From an uncultured bacterium (GTDB lineage Bacteria > Bacteroidota > Bacteroidia > Chitinophagales > Chitinophagaceae), in assembly GCA_966095395.1 (NCBI GenBank), contig CBHTSW010000016.1, positions 12,113 through 76,112 of the forward strand: a stretch of DNA of 64,000 nt, read 5' to 3'. The translations under genes and the position numbers were made by a program. This document shows, piece by piece, positions 40,077 through 48,022 of this stretch. Position 1 is the stretch's first letter; the number at the start of each line of letters is the position of its first letter. The notes under the pieces were generated by a model. That model was not told the origin of the DNA. It worked only from the letters and a program-made list of their open reading frames with translations, and ran no database searches.

Positions 40077-41784
40077 GGTTCTTCGTCACTTTTGGTGCAA
40101 GGTTAGCTACTGTCCAGGAGCAGTCTTTTTCGTAATAGAGCAAAGCTGGCCCGGCCATACATTTGTCGCTTAACGGTTTTTAATTTATTTATATGCCCTT
40201 CCACCTGACCATTACTCCATGGTAAACACAGTGCATTTTTAGTTGCTTCAAAATCACTTAAAATACCTCTGGCAAAGCTGGCAAGTTCTGGAATAGCGCT
40301 TTCTACAACCCGATTGATCCATTCTTTCAATGAGTTTGCATTCCTGGCTTCAATCATTTCTCTAAACTGCCTTGACAATCTATAAGCTACTTCAATCTGC
40401 GGGCAATGTTTACACAACCATTTCAGTATTTTTTGTTCCTTCTTTGGGATATCCTCTAATTTTTTAACCAATAGCATTCGGATCCTGGATGGTAAAAAAT
40501 AGCTGTAGACGGTTTTGGGTCCCTGGGTGGCCTCTCTTCCATAGAGGTACTTTTGCAAGTGTTCGTAGGCCATCGTGCGGCCGCCGCTATAACCTCTTTG
40601 TTTAATTTCTTTAAAGAGCCTCAAAATCTGAATATTCGGTTCTTGTAATATTCTTTCTCGTATATACTGGTCAAACAGGCGAATATTGACTTGTATGTGG
40701 GATCCTGTTCTGGGAGGTGGTTCATGCAAAACAAGATATTTGCGAACAGTCGCTATGGCTATTTGTAATGTTCGGGCGGTTGCCTTTAAGCCCACACCTT
40801 CTTTGTGCAATAGTTTTACCTGTTCCATCTGCCAGATTCTGTGTTTATAATTCTTAGTTGGCTCACTTCTTTCAGCTTGGTTATTATAGGACCGTCTCAA
40901 AGAACGCCGGTTTCTGCGTGGGCGTTGTCGGTGCTTTAAGTACTGCTGGTTCCGTTCCAAAAGTTTTGCTAGGGCGTCCCCTAAGTTTTTAAGGAGATGC
41001 CAGCGGTCTCCGACCTGCAAAGCCTGCGGAGCTCCATCCCTAATTGCTTTGCTAAAATTTAAAAACCTGTCCCGGCTAATGACACTCACTTCCGGATGTT
41101 TTTGGAGCCAATTTTCAACTGTAATGGACTCACGGTCCTTTAGTAGTTCGACCAATTTATGTTTTTCCAAGTCCACAATGCAGGAGCCATAGGTGTGTCT
41201 TTTTTTATTTGCCCAGTCATCAATGCCGGCACAAGAAATTTTTTCCACCGGATGAAGCTTTTGCTTGTGAATAAGGCGAATAAGGGAGGAACTGCTTCTT
41301 TTAATATTTAAAGTCTGCAGGAGCTTCTCACCGGGATTACCCCCCATGATTAATGCCACTTTTAAAAGCTTTTCCTCCAATCGACCGCTGATCCTGCAGT
41401 GAGGAGCAAAGTGCTTCTTGAATCGTTCGGTGAATATTTTTCGCTTACATTTTTTATTAAGGCAATAAAACCTCCTTACTTCAACTTGAAGAACGACCTG
41501 GTTATTAAATGCTGGCAAATCTTTAAATGTGCGCTGGTAGTGGCTGTGAATAGATTTGCTGTAAGACCTGCAAACCGGGCAGCGACTCCTCCTTTGTTTG
41601 CTTTTGATGTGTAAAGTAACCATCCAGTCATGTTTTTCCACTGAAATGATAGTAAAAGGGTCCTTATTCTCAAAAGCTAGGCTTTTGGAAAGCATTTGGC
41701 AAGTATTTACCCAAGAGTACTAAATGAAAAGATCAGCGCAATAATGATCAGCTCTGTCAAGTGCACCAAAAGTGACGAAGAACC
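40077..41784 (-). mobile_element. Complete ISL3-family insertion sequence (1708 bp)
   Basis: Perfect 23-bp terminal inverted repeats GGTTCTTCGTCACTTTTGGTGCA (40077-40099) and its reverse complement (41762-41784) enclose a single transposase ORF. The flanking 8-mers TGATTGTT and AATAAAAA do not match. Confidence 0.88.
40103..41695 (-). CDS. ISL3-family DDE transposase
   Basis: 530 aa with an N-terminal zinc-finger region (CPVCRS...YCLNKKCKRKIF) and the overall ISL3 architecture. ATG and TAA verified. Confidence 0.85.
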   Translation of the reverse strand: MLSKSLAFENKDPFTIISVEKHDWMVTLHIKSKQRRSRCPVCRSYSKSIHSHYQRTFKDLPAFNNQVVLQVEVRRFYCLNKKCKRKIFTERFKKHFAPHCRISGRLEEKLLKVALIMGGNPGEKLLQTLNIKRSSSSLIRLIHKQKLHPVEKISCAGIDDWANKKRHTYGSCIVDLEKHKLVELLKDRESITVENWLQKHPEVSVISRDRFLNFSKAIRDGAPQALQVGDRWHLLKNLGDALAKLLERNQQYLKHRQRPRRNRRSLRRSYNNQAERSEPTKNYKHRIWQMEQVKLLHKEGVGLKATARTLQIAIATVRKYLVLHEPPPRTGSHIQVNIRLFDQYIRERILQEPNIQILRLFKEIKQRGYSGGRTMAYEHLQKYLYGREATQGPKTVYSYFLPSRIRMLLVKKLEDIPKKEQKILKWLCKHCPQIEVAYRLSRQFREMIEARNANSLKEWINRVVESAIPELASFARGILSDFEATKNALCLPWSNGQVEGHINKLKTVKRQMYGRASFALLRKRLLLDSS

Positions 41785-41861
41785 AATAAAAAACGGAACG
41801 GGAGTGAAACATGGTTCCGGAATCTACATTATGCATACTTGTATTCAAATTGAATAAACCC

Positions 41862-42101
41862 ATGAAAGAAAGTTCTATACTAAAGCAACTCAACGAGCAC
41901 AAAGAAGCCTTCAAAGCTAATACAGAGTGGAATGAAATGATTTCGGCTTTTGATTTGGCTAAAACAACCGGCTACAAAATGCAGTCAGTAAAAGATGCAC
42001 TGAAAGATAACGGAGTTAAGCCTTGCGGAAAATTGGGAGGGTTGCCTTATTACAGAAAATCAGATGTGGTTAGCCTAATTCGGAGAAGCCTAAAGAATTA
42101 A
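41862..42101 (+). CDS. Excisionase-like (MerR/HTH_17-type) DNA-binding protein
   Basis: The pattern ...ISAFDLAKTTGYKMQSVKDALKDNGVKPCGKLGGLPYYRKSDVVSLI resembles the small Xis-like HTH proteins of Bacteroidota integrative elements (...G-x-x-YY-[KR]-KSD-[IV]). I prefer ATG 41862. Confidence 0.5.
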   Translation: MKESSILKQLNEHKEAFKANTEWNEMISAFDLAKTTGYKMQSVKDALKDNGVKPCGKLGGLPYYRKSDVVSLIRRSLKN

Positions 42102-42135
42102 ATACTCAAAATACAAGTCAGGGCTGAATTGTAAA

Positions 42136-42405
42136 TTATTTGGGAGAAGATGGATTCGTAATTGCTTCTATGATCATTTCCATTGCACTCTTTCTCATGT
42201 CACCTTCTACTAGTTTCCAATCTATGCGCCTGCTTTTTAGTTTGTACTTGCCGCGGATCAAAGGTTCGTTGTTCTTCAGGATAATATACTTATCCGGATT
42301 GGCCAACGGCGTTACCTTAATGCGCATGCACCGTTTATCCTGGTGAATGATCTCCCAAGTTAAGTAGTATGTTTTAAAGCCTTGTTTGATGGAGATCGAG
42401 GGCAT
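42136..42405 (-). CDS. Hypothetical protein (89 aa)
   Basis: ORF with a verified ATG, in the low-GC island. I recognise no domain. Confidence 0.4.
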   Translation of the reverse strand: MPSISIKQGFKTYYLTWEIIHQDKRCMRIKVTPLANPDKYIILKNNEPLIRGKYKLKSRRIDWKLVEGDMRKSAMEMIIEAITNPSSPK

Positions 42406-42627
42406 GGTAGAATATATACAACTTTCCTTATTAATATATCTCGGGGTCCGTCACCTAAGCAGATTGATTAAGAGTAAAAGCCCCTACAAAAGAGAGGCTT
42501 CTACTCTTATTGCGAATAAACAAGGGCCGAGGTCCACTATAAAGTTAATTTGAAAAAAGCACCAACGAAGGGGAAATGTCAGTGATAGGGGAAACAATTT
42601 CTTACGTTCTCCTGGCCTTAATTTAGA

Positions 42628-43374
42628 CTATTGTATTTGCTGTATAAATAAAGTTACAATAGTAGTTTTCATGTCTCCAGGCGTAACAAAAGCATTAAGT
42701 TTAAAAGAAGTAGTAGTTACTTTACTTACCTGAAACATTACACCTTCGTTCGAAGTAGCTATAATTAGAGGAGGCTTAGAAAACGTAGGAAGCTTATCAC
42801 CGAATGTTGTTTTCAACTCCGAAAACATAACTGTCTTACTTGCGTCATCCGTAGTCGCATCCTTTTCTGTATAATCGGTAAATGAGATATAAATATTCTT
42901 CTGGACCAACTCATTAAACCTTTTCCTGAATGTGTCAAGTTGATTTGACGATTCAGAAAGGGAGCTTTGAACTAAATTAGTTTTACTTTTTACACCATAG
43001 AGCATATCGGCTAAGGTCCTTAAAGAAGAGTCATTTGTAGATATCTTTGAATCAAAGTTAGACGTCGAAGAATTGATCTTACTATCTATAGCCTTCATTT
43101 TGTTTTCAATTGAATCTAATTTTGATTGAAAGCCCTTTCTAACAGTTTCCTTGGCATCTTCAAGCGTATTAAACCCAAGATAAGTTGCAACAGCCAAAAT
43201 CACAGAAAAGATTGTGATCATGTATTGCATCTTATATTTTAATTCCCAATAATTTTTATCATTCAATTGATCATTTCTAAGAGGTTTTTTTAATAATGTT
43301 CTTAAACTAAAGAGGTTCCAAATATTAAATCCTATAACTGCAATAATGAATAGCAATATTATGGTAGTAGTCAT
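42628..43374 (-). CDS. Hypothetical two-TM membrane protein with Ser-rich coiled-coil and beta-rich C-terminal domain
   Basis: TM1 is TTTIILLFIIAVIGFNIWNLF and TM2 is MITIFSVILAVATYLGF. A long polar helical region follows, then a C-terminal segment of about 70 aa. ATG verified. Confidence 0.5.
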   Translation of the reverse strand: MTTTIILLFIIAVIGFNIWNLFSLRTLLKKPLRNDQLNDKNYWELKYKMQYMITIFSVILAVATYLGFNTLEDAKETVRKGFQSKLDSIENKMKAIDSKINSSTSNFDSKISTNDSSLRTLADMLYGVKSKTNLVQSSLSESSNQLDTFRKRFNELVQKNIYISFTDYTEKDATTDDASKTVMFSELKTTFGDKLPTFSKPPLIIATSNEGVMFQVSKVTTTSFKLNAFVTPGDMKTTIVTLFIQQIQ

Positions 43375-43727
43375 AAGCAGTTAAAAGGGGTAGTTAATTG
43401 GTTAATAAATTAAGATTAAAAGACTCAAACTAATCTCTTATATTCCATAAATCCCAATGCCTTAAACCTTCTCAGTAACAATTACATACATAGTTTATTA
43501 GAAGAAGTTCAGGTTCAATATTTCATTTAATCTTAACTATAAAAGGCATGTTATTTTCAACTTTAATTATTTCGCTCCTTTAGTAAACCTTTAAGTCTTT
43601 TATTAACTAGCTGGAAAAGCACATTTAAAAGAGCATTATGTACTATACTTTCTTTGAAAATCAAGGTGTTATGAGAAATTGGTCTTTTTAAAAGAGGCGA
43701 TCTCTTTTAAATTCTTTTTTATCTCTT

Positions 43728-45419
43728 TTAGAATGGACCATCCTCTACAGATTCTTCAACAAGAATCCATTTTGATTTAAAATCAGTTCCAATATTTAAA
43801 ATTTTCCCTTGCAACCTTAATTCAGATAAAAGATTAGTAATCTTATTTTTTTTCTGTTTCAAATCATAAATATCAGACAACTTATCAATTAATAACTCAT
43901 CTATATCTCTTCTCTCTAAAGTTCCAAATTCCCTTAAGGATTTAATTATTAAATCTAAATAATACTGTTTATCGAAAGCTCTATTTTTCGAGTATACGGC
44001 TTTCTGTCCAGCTGACTTCGCGACTTTGGCAGAAATAAAATAATGTGGTCTTTTACCTTCTATAAGGCCTTTTGACTTTAAATGATGTGCTTCTTCTGGG
44101 GTAAGAGGCTTATGCTTTTGAACTTTATCAAGCATAATAATTTCATCTAAAGATAAATCAGGATGTTTGGCTAGTGTCCTAGCATATTCTATATCTAAAA
44201 CCTTACCCGTGATTGTTGCCTTTACTTGTTCGCCACTAAGATCAAAATCAGGCATAGGAAAAAACCTAGCACGCTGTAGTCTAAATATTCGTTTAATTCC
44301 ACTTCCAACCGTATCAATCATATTCAGATTAACCATTGCCTGAGACAAAAATGTATTCCTATAAAAGCTTGGAGGGATATCACTCTCTATAACTTTTTCA
44401 ATACTACCAGGCAGGAAATCACCAGAATTTGTAAAGATTAATTGATCATCTAATTCTATAATATTAATTCTTCCTCCTTTAGTGTAATCTTGGTGAGCAA
44501 TACAATTATTTAAGGCCTCTCTAATACTAAAAGGGTCATATTGATCAACTTCCTCAGGGAATAACCCATCCATTTTAATGTATCTGTATTTTAGATTCCT
44601 TATTTTGGCAAAAACTTTATTTGCTGAAAGAATAAAAGGACAGCAAAAGTGCTCATAATCTTTTTCAACATTTGCTATGTCTTTTAATAGCCAAGTAATT
44701 CTTGTAACTGCTGGAGATATATAATGTTCAGATTCTTCCTTACCTAATAATATTATTGCCGTTCTAGTTATTTTATTATTAATAGTAATTTTTGCTTTAT
44801 TTAAAAAAGTTACGTCATCCCAAGAATCTACTTCAGTATTTAGCCTAGGGTTTTTAACCTTGAAATTGTTTCTTGCAACTATAATAGACTCAGGATCCAA
44901 ATCGTTTATTGTTGCTCCTTGGCAAACTCCTGCACTCCAATCTTCATTAACATAAAGAGTCTCATTCAAGATTACTTTTTCTCTTTCGACAGTTAACTCT
45001 ATTAAATTATCGCCGCTTCTTTGCCAACAAACTTTATGAGCTATCACTGGTTTTCTTGGTAAATGTTTGGGGATATTTAAAACCCATACCGTTTTATTCG
45101 TATCCGATGCCGTGTATTCCTCGACTTTTAAACCTTCACTACTTAAATGAGTACAATTTCCCATCAAGCGATGAGGCAGATTTTCAGGTGTATAACCGTG
45201 AAAATTATCTATTCCCAGGATCTTCAAGGTTTTATCTTCCACTCCTAATATAAGATGTCCTCCTTCCATATTTGCAATTGCTGACACATATGACACAACA
45301 TCATCTCCCTTATGCCCAGAAATGCTATGAGTTAAATTTGAAAAAGCCTTCCATTCACAAGCATCATTTTCCTTAGGAAAACGTTCTTTTAAGTATTCAT
45401 ATAGTTCATTTTCTATCAT
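43728..45419 (-). CDS. AlbA_2 (Schlafen-like) / HATPase_c_4, COG2865-like putative nucleic-acid-binding regulator
   Basis: N-terminal ...VSYVSAIANMEGGHLILGVEDKT (AlbA_2-type), a central REALNNCIAHQDY...FYRNTFLSQAMVNLNMIDTVGSGIKRIF segment (HATPase_c_4-type), and a C-terminal wHTH-like tail. Domain names are from memory. Confidence 0.6.
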   Translation of the reverse strand: MIENELYEYLKERFPKENDACEWKAFSNLTHSISGHKGDDVVSYVSAIANMEGGHLILGVEDKTLKILGIDNFHGYTPENLPHRLMGNCTHLSSEGLKVEEYTASDTNKTVWVLNIPKHLPRKPVIAHKVCWQRSGDNLIELTVEREKVILNETLYVNEDWSAGVCQGATINDLDPESIIVARNNFKVKNPRLNTEVDSWDDVTFLNKAKITINNKITRTAIILLGKEESEHYISPAVTRITWLLKDIANVEKDYEHFCCPFILSANKVFAKIRNLKYRYIKMDGLFPEEVDQYDPFSIREALNNCIAHQDYTKGGRINIIELDDQLIFTNSGDFLPGSIEKVIESDIPPSFYRNTFLSQAMVNLNMIDTVGSGIKRIFRLQRARFFPMPDFDLSGEQVKATITGKVLDIEYARTLAKHPDLSLDEIIMLDKVQKHKPLTPEEAHHLKSKGLIEGKRPHYFISAKVAKSAGQKAVYSKNRAFDKQYYLDLIIKSLREFGTLERRDIDELLIDKLSDIYDLKQKKNKITNLLSELRLQGKILNIGTDFKSKWILVEESVEDGPF

Positions 45420-45601
45420 AAAATGCTTAAAACATATAGCAAGATAAATTTATGCAATTCTGGATAACATTAGACACAACATCAAGAATAAACGCTACCC
45501 AGTTGAATATATGCATGTATATAAAAGCGACAAACCCAAACAGAATAATTCTAAGTTCCTCCTATTTGGAATGCTAAAAGTTATCATTCCAGACAGCCAC
45601 G

Positions 45602-45877
45602 CTAGAACTTTTGGTTATTATCTTTCTCGTATTTATCAATTGCGTCCATAGTGTGTTTAATCAGATACTCTGGAACGTGATTATTGATAGGCATAAAAAA
45701 CCAATCTTTTGTTGATACAAGTTTATAAAGAACAATTTTTTCGTTCTGAAATTGCACTTCATACCTTATGACAGGGTATTTCTCAGATTCAATAAAATCG
45801 TTTATTAATAAAGTGCTTTCTTCAGCCCTTACAAATCCTTTCTTCTGTAAACCAGTTAATTCAATTGAATATTCCAT
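45602..45877 (-). CDS. Hypothetical protein (91 aa)
   Basis: ORF with a verified ATG, in the low-GC island. I recognise no domain. Confidence 0.4.
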   Translation of the reverse strand: MEYSIELTGLQKKGFVRAEESTLLINDFIESEKYPVIRYEVQFQNEKIVLYKLVSTKDWFFMPINNHVPEYLIKHTMDAIDKYEKDNNQKF

Positions 45878-45995
45878 AATTACTATTATAATTTAGATCT
45901 CAACTTTCTCTTAGGTTTCATACCCCAATTATTCCTATTCTTACTGCAGGACAGCATAGGAATAATAAAATTGGTAATGATTTCATGTAAACTCA

Positions 45996-46208
45996 TTATT
46001 CTTTTATCAAAATGGTTGCTATTTCGGCTTCATTGTAGCCTTGTTTTTTCAACTCTTTTTCCTGTATTCTAATTTGACTTTTTAAAAGCTCTCTCATTTC
46101 CCAGGTACCGTGATAGACTGCCACTTTAATTACTCGGTAAAGAATGTAACAGCCGACAGCTATACCGGCTAAGGCAATGAATATTTTTTCTTCGGTTGTC
46201 TGGAACAT
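45996..46208 (-). CDS. Hypothetical single-pass membrane protein (70 aa)
   Basis: One TM segment (IFIALAGIAVGCYILYRVIKV) followed by a charged helix. ATG verified. Confidence 0.4.
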   Translation of the reverse strand: MFQTTEEKIFIALAGIAVGCYILYRVIKVAVYHGTWEMRELLKSQIRIQEKELKKQGYNEAEIATILIKE

Positions 46209-46270
46209 ATAAGTAGTATTTTGGTTTTCAACGAAGCCAAGTATTTTAAAAGCTGTTGCAGGTGTTTGAT

Positions 46271-46807
46271 TTATGTAGTGCTCTCCCTATTAATACCCAT
46301 CTTGGGAAAAAATTTTACAGATCGCCTGATTTCCTGTCCTGAAATTATTTTTTCAAATTCTGAAAACTGATCATAGCTTAGGGAGAACATATCCTGCAGG
46401 TTTACTTTTAACAATGCTTCCCCTGGAGTCATATTATTTTCTTCCCACAGGATTGATACCTGCTCTAATAAGATTTCTTTAACTTGGTTAAACCGCTTAC
46501 TATAGAAATCTCCTTCCCTGATTTTAAAAAGGATCTTTAATAGTCCAAAATCCAAATACTCTTTCTCGCTTATATAATGATCTTCTAAAATCACATTTAA
46601 ATAGGCAAGCAATAAATCGAGCAGATCTTCTTTTATCGGTGTAACATCCTCAATTCCATTGTTAGCAAGTGAGGCCAATACGCTTTTTTTATCAAGACCA
46701 TTTTCAACTATAATTGCCGCTATGTCATACAAGTACTTCGGAAAATTATCGGTCCTTAATATTGCTTGAAAAACTCTTTTATAATCCCATGAATTTGATT
46801 CTTGCAT
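46271..46807 (-). CDS. Hypothetical cytoplasmic protein (178 aa)
   Basis: ORF beginning 9 nt after the stop of the upstream lipoprotein gene. All-helical composition. A TerB-like fold is only a guess. Confidence 0.45.
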   Translation of the reverse strand: MQESNSWDYKRVFQAILRTDNFPKYLYDIAAIIVENGLDKKSVLASLANNGIEDVTPIKEDLLDLLLAYLNVILEDHYISEKEYLDFGLLKILFKIREGDFYSKRFNQVKEILLEQVSILWEENNMTPGEALLKVNLQDMFSLSYDQFSEFEKIISGQEIRRSVKFFPKMGINRESTT

Positions 46808-46816
46808 AAAATTATA

Positions 46817-47032
46817 TTAACAGCCCGTACACTTACTTGCATCCACGTAGGTTTTGTTGTTATTACTGTTGATGTAATAACAACCGCCTTGGGATCCTTT
46901 ATAAAGTTGATGCCCATTGTATGCACCGCAACGTCTATCACCTGAAGCGGAGCCCGAACTTGTAGAAGAGCCTGAATCACTTTTCCCGCAGGATAAAAGC
47001 GTAATAAAAGCAGCAATTAATAGCTTTCTCAT
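46817..47032 (-). CDS. Small Cys-rich lipoprotein (71 aa)
   Basis: Lipobox LLSCGKS, a Ser/Gly linker, then CGAYNGHQLYKGSQGGCYYINSNNNKTYVDASKCTGC with four further Cys. ATG verified. Confidence 0.5.
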   Translation of the reverse strand: MRKLLIAAFITLLSCGKSDSGSSTSSGSASGDRRCGAYNGHQLYKGSQGGCYYINSNNNKTYVDASKCTGC

Positions 47033-47082
47033 ATCGTGAGGTTTTAGTTTTTATAAAGGGCTTGTATCCCCAGGAAATAGGC

Positions 47083-47378
47083 TTAATGGGCTCCAACCTC
47101 CGCAGGCATCACTACGAGTTCTTTTTTCATTTGATCATCATATTGCACGAAGCCGCTTTCTGCCCTTTCAAGTATGGCTTTGACGGCTTCTACGTCAACT
47201 CCGTACCGGCATAACTCCTGCAAATTTCATATCCTGCCATTGGTATATAACCCTCTAAAGGTTTAGAATTATATGCCAGATATTTATGGTTTGGATCCCT
47301 TGTATAGCCTTTTTCCTGATACTCTACATATATCACCCCGTTTTCCATTTTTGTCGAGATGCCTGCCATAAGAAACAT
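47083..47378 (-). pseudogene. Possible frameshifted small gene
   Basis: Track ORF 47190..47378 (62 aa) ends at TAG. A second minus-strand frame is open for 47 codons from 47226 to the TAA at 47083-85 (NLQELCRYGVDVEAVKAILERAESGFVQYDDQMKKELVVMPAEVGAH) and has no early ATG. Confidence 0.25.
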
Positions 47379-47442
47379 TTAATAAAAAAGTTAAGCTCTA
47401 ATTTTTTTTATCAGAGCCTTTGTATTATTTCGGTGTTCTAAA

Positions 47443-48015
47443 TTAAAATCTTGAAATATTTTCTTTTAATTTTTGAGCTAGTTCATTTAAGTCATTTATG
47501 GTCATACCAACACTAGACCCGCTATAATACTTATCTACCCTAACACGATAATTCCAAACAATGCCCTTCCTCTTATCTTTTTCATTAAAAGCCACAAACC
47601 GCACGTCATTGCAGGTATACTGGTATTCTGTCCCCTCCTCTTCCTGGCTTTCTTTATTTGCGTTTAAAAAATCTAAAAACTTAATCAATCCATTAATTTC
47701 ATCTGCATCTATATAGCCGGTATAGGTCTGGCTTAGGGGACCAGAATATACTGTTGATAAATAAAGGCCTTTCAACGTGGCACCTGATGCAACATCTTTT
47801 AAAGTCAAAATCTTGCAATTCAAATTTCCGTTTCCTCCTAGATTATATAGGGCAAATCCCTTTGCTTTGAACTCGTACAAATCGTCATATTTCTTTTTAA
47901 TAATAGTACCCACTTTTATGGCGTTCGCTTCAAGTTTTGTTCGTGGCGCGGTACTATCATTTTGTGAAAAACAAAGGGTGGGCAGGAAAAGGAGTAGAAC
48001 CAATAAGTATTTCAT
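47443..48015 (-). CDS. Hypothetical secreted protein (190 aa)
   Basis: Signal peptide MKYLLVLLLFLPTLCFSQ. It starts 7 nt after the stop of the HsdR_N-like gene. I recognise no domain. Confidence 0.5.
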   Translation of the reverse strand: MKYLLVLLLFLPTLCFSQNDSTAPRTKLEANAIKVGTIIKKKYDDLYEFKAKGFALYNLGGNGNLNCKILTLKDVASGATLKGLYLSTVYSGPLSQTYTGYIDADEINGLIKFLDFLNANKESQEEEGTEYQYTCNDVRFVAFNEKDKRKGIVWNYRVRVDKYYSGSSVGMTINDLNELAQKLKENISRF

Positions 48016-48022
48016 ATTAGTT

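Noticed and set aside
41720-41914. 64-aa minus-strand ORF crossing the IS right inverted repeat
   Set aside because: Its C-terminal third is encoded by the IS terminal repeat itself, and the remainder is Cys/Ser/Phe-rich low-complexity sequence. It is most likely an artefact of the junction.
42470-42508. 13-bp stem (AAGAGTAAAAGCC/GGCTTCTACTCTT, one mismatch) in the island spacer as a regulatory RNA
   Set aside because: No U-run on either strand and no second copy seen. It is most simply a 3'-end stabilising hairpin for the upstream membrane-protein gene, and there is not enough to call more.
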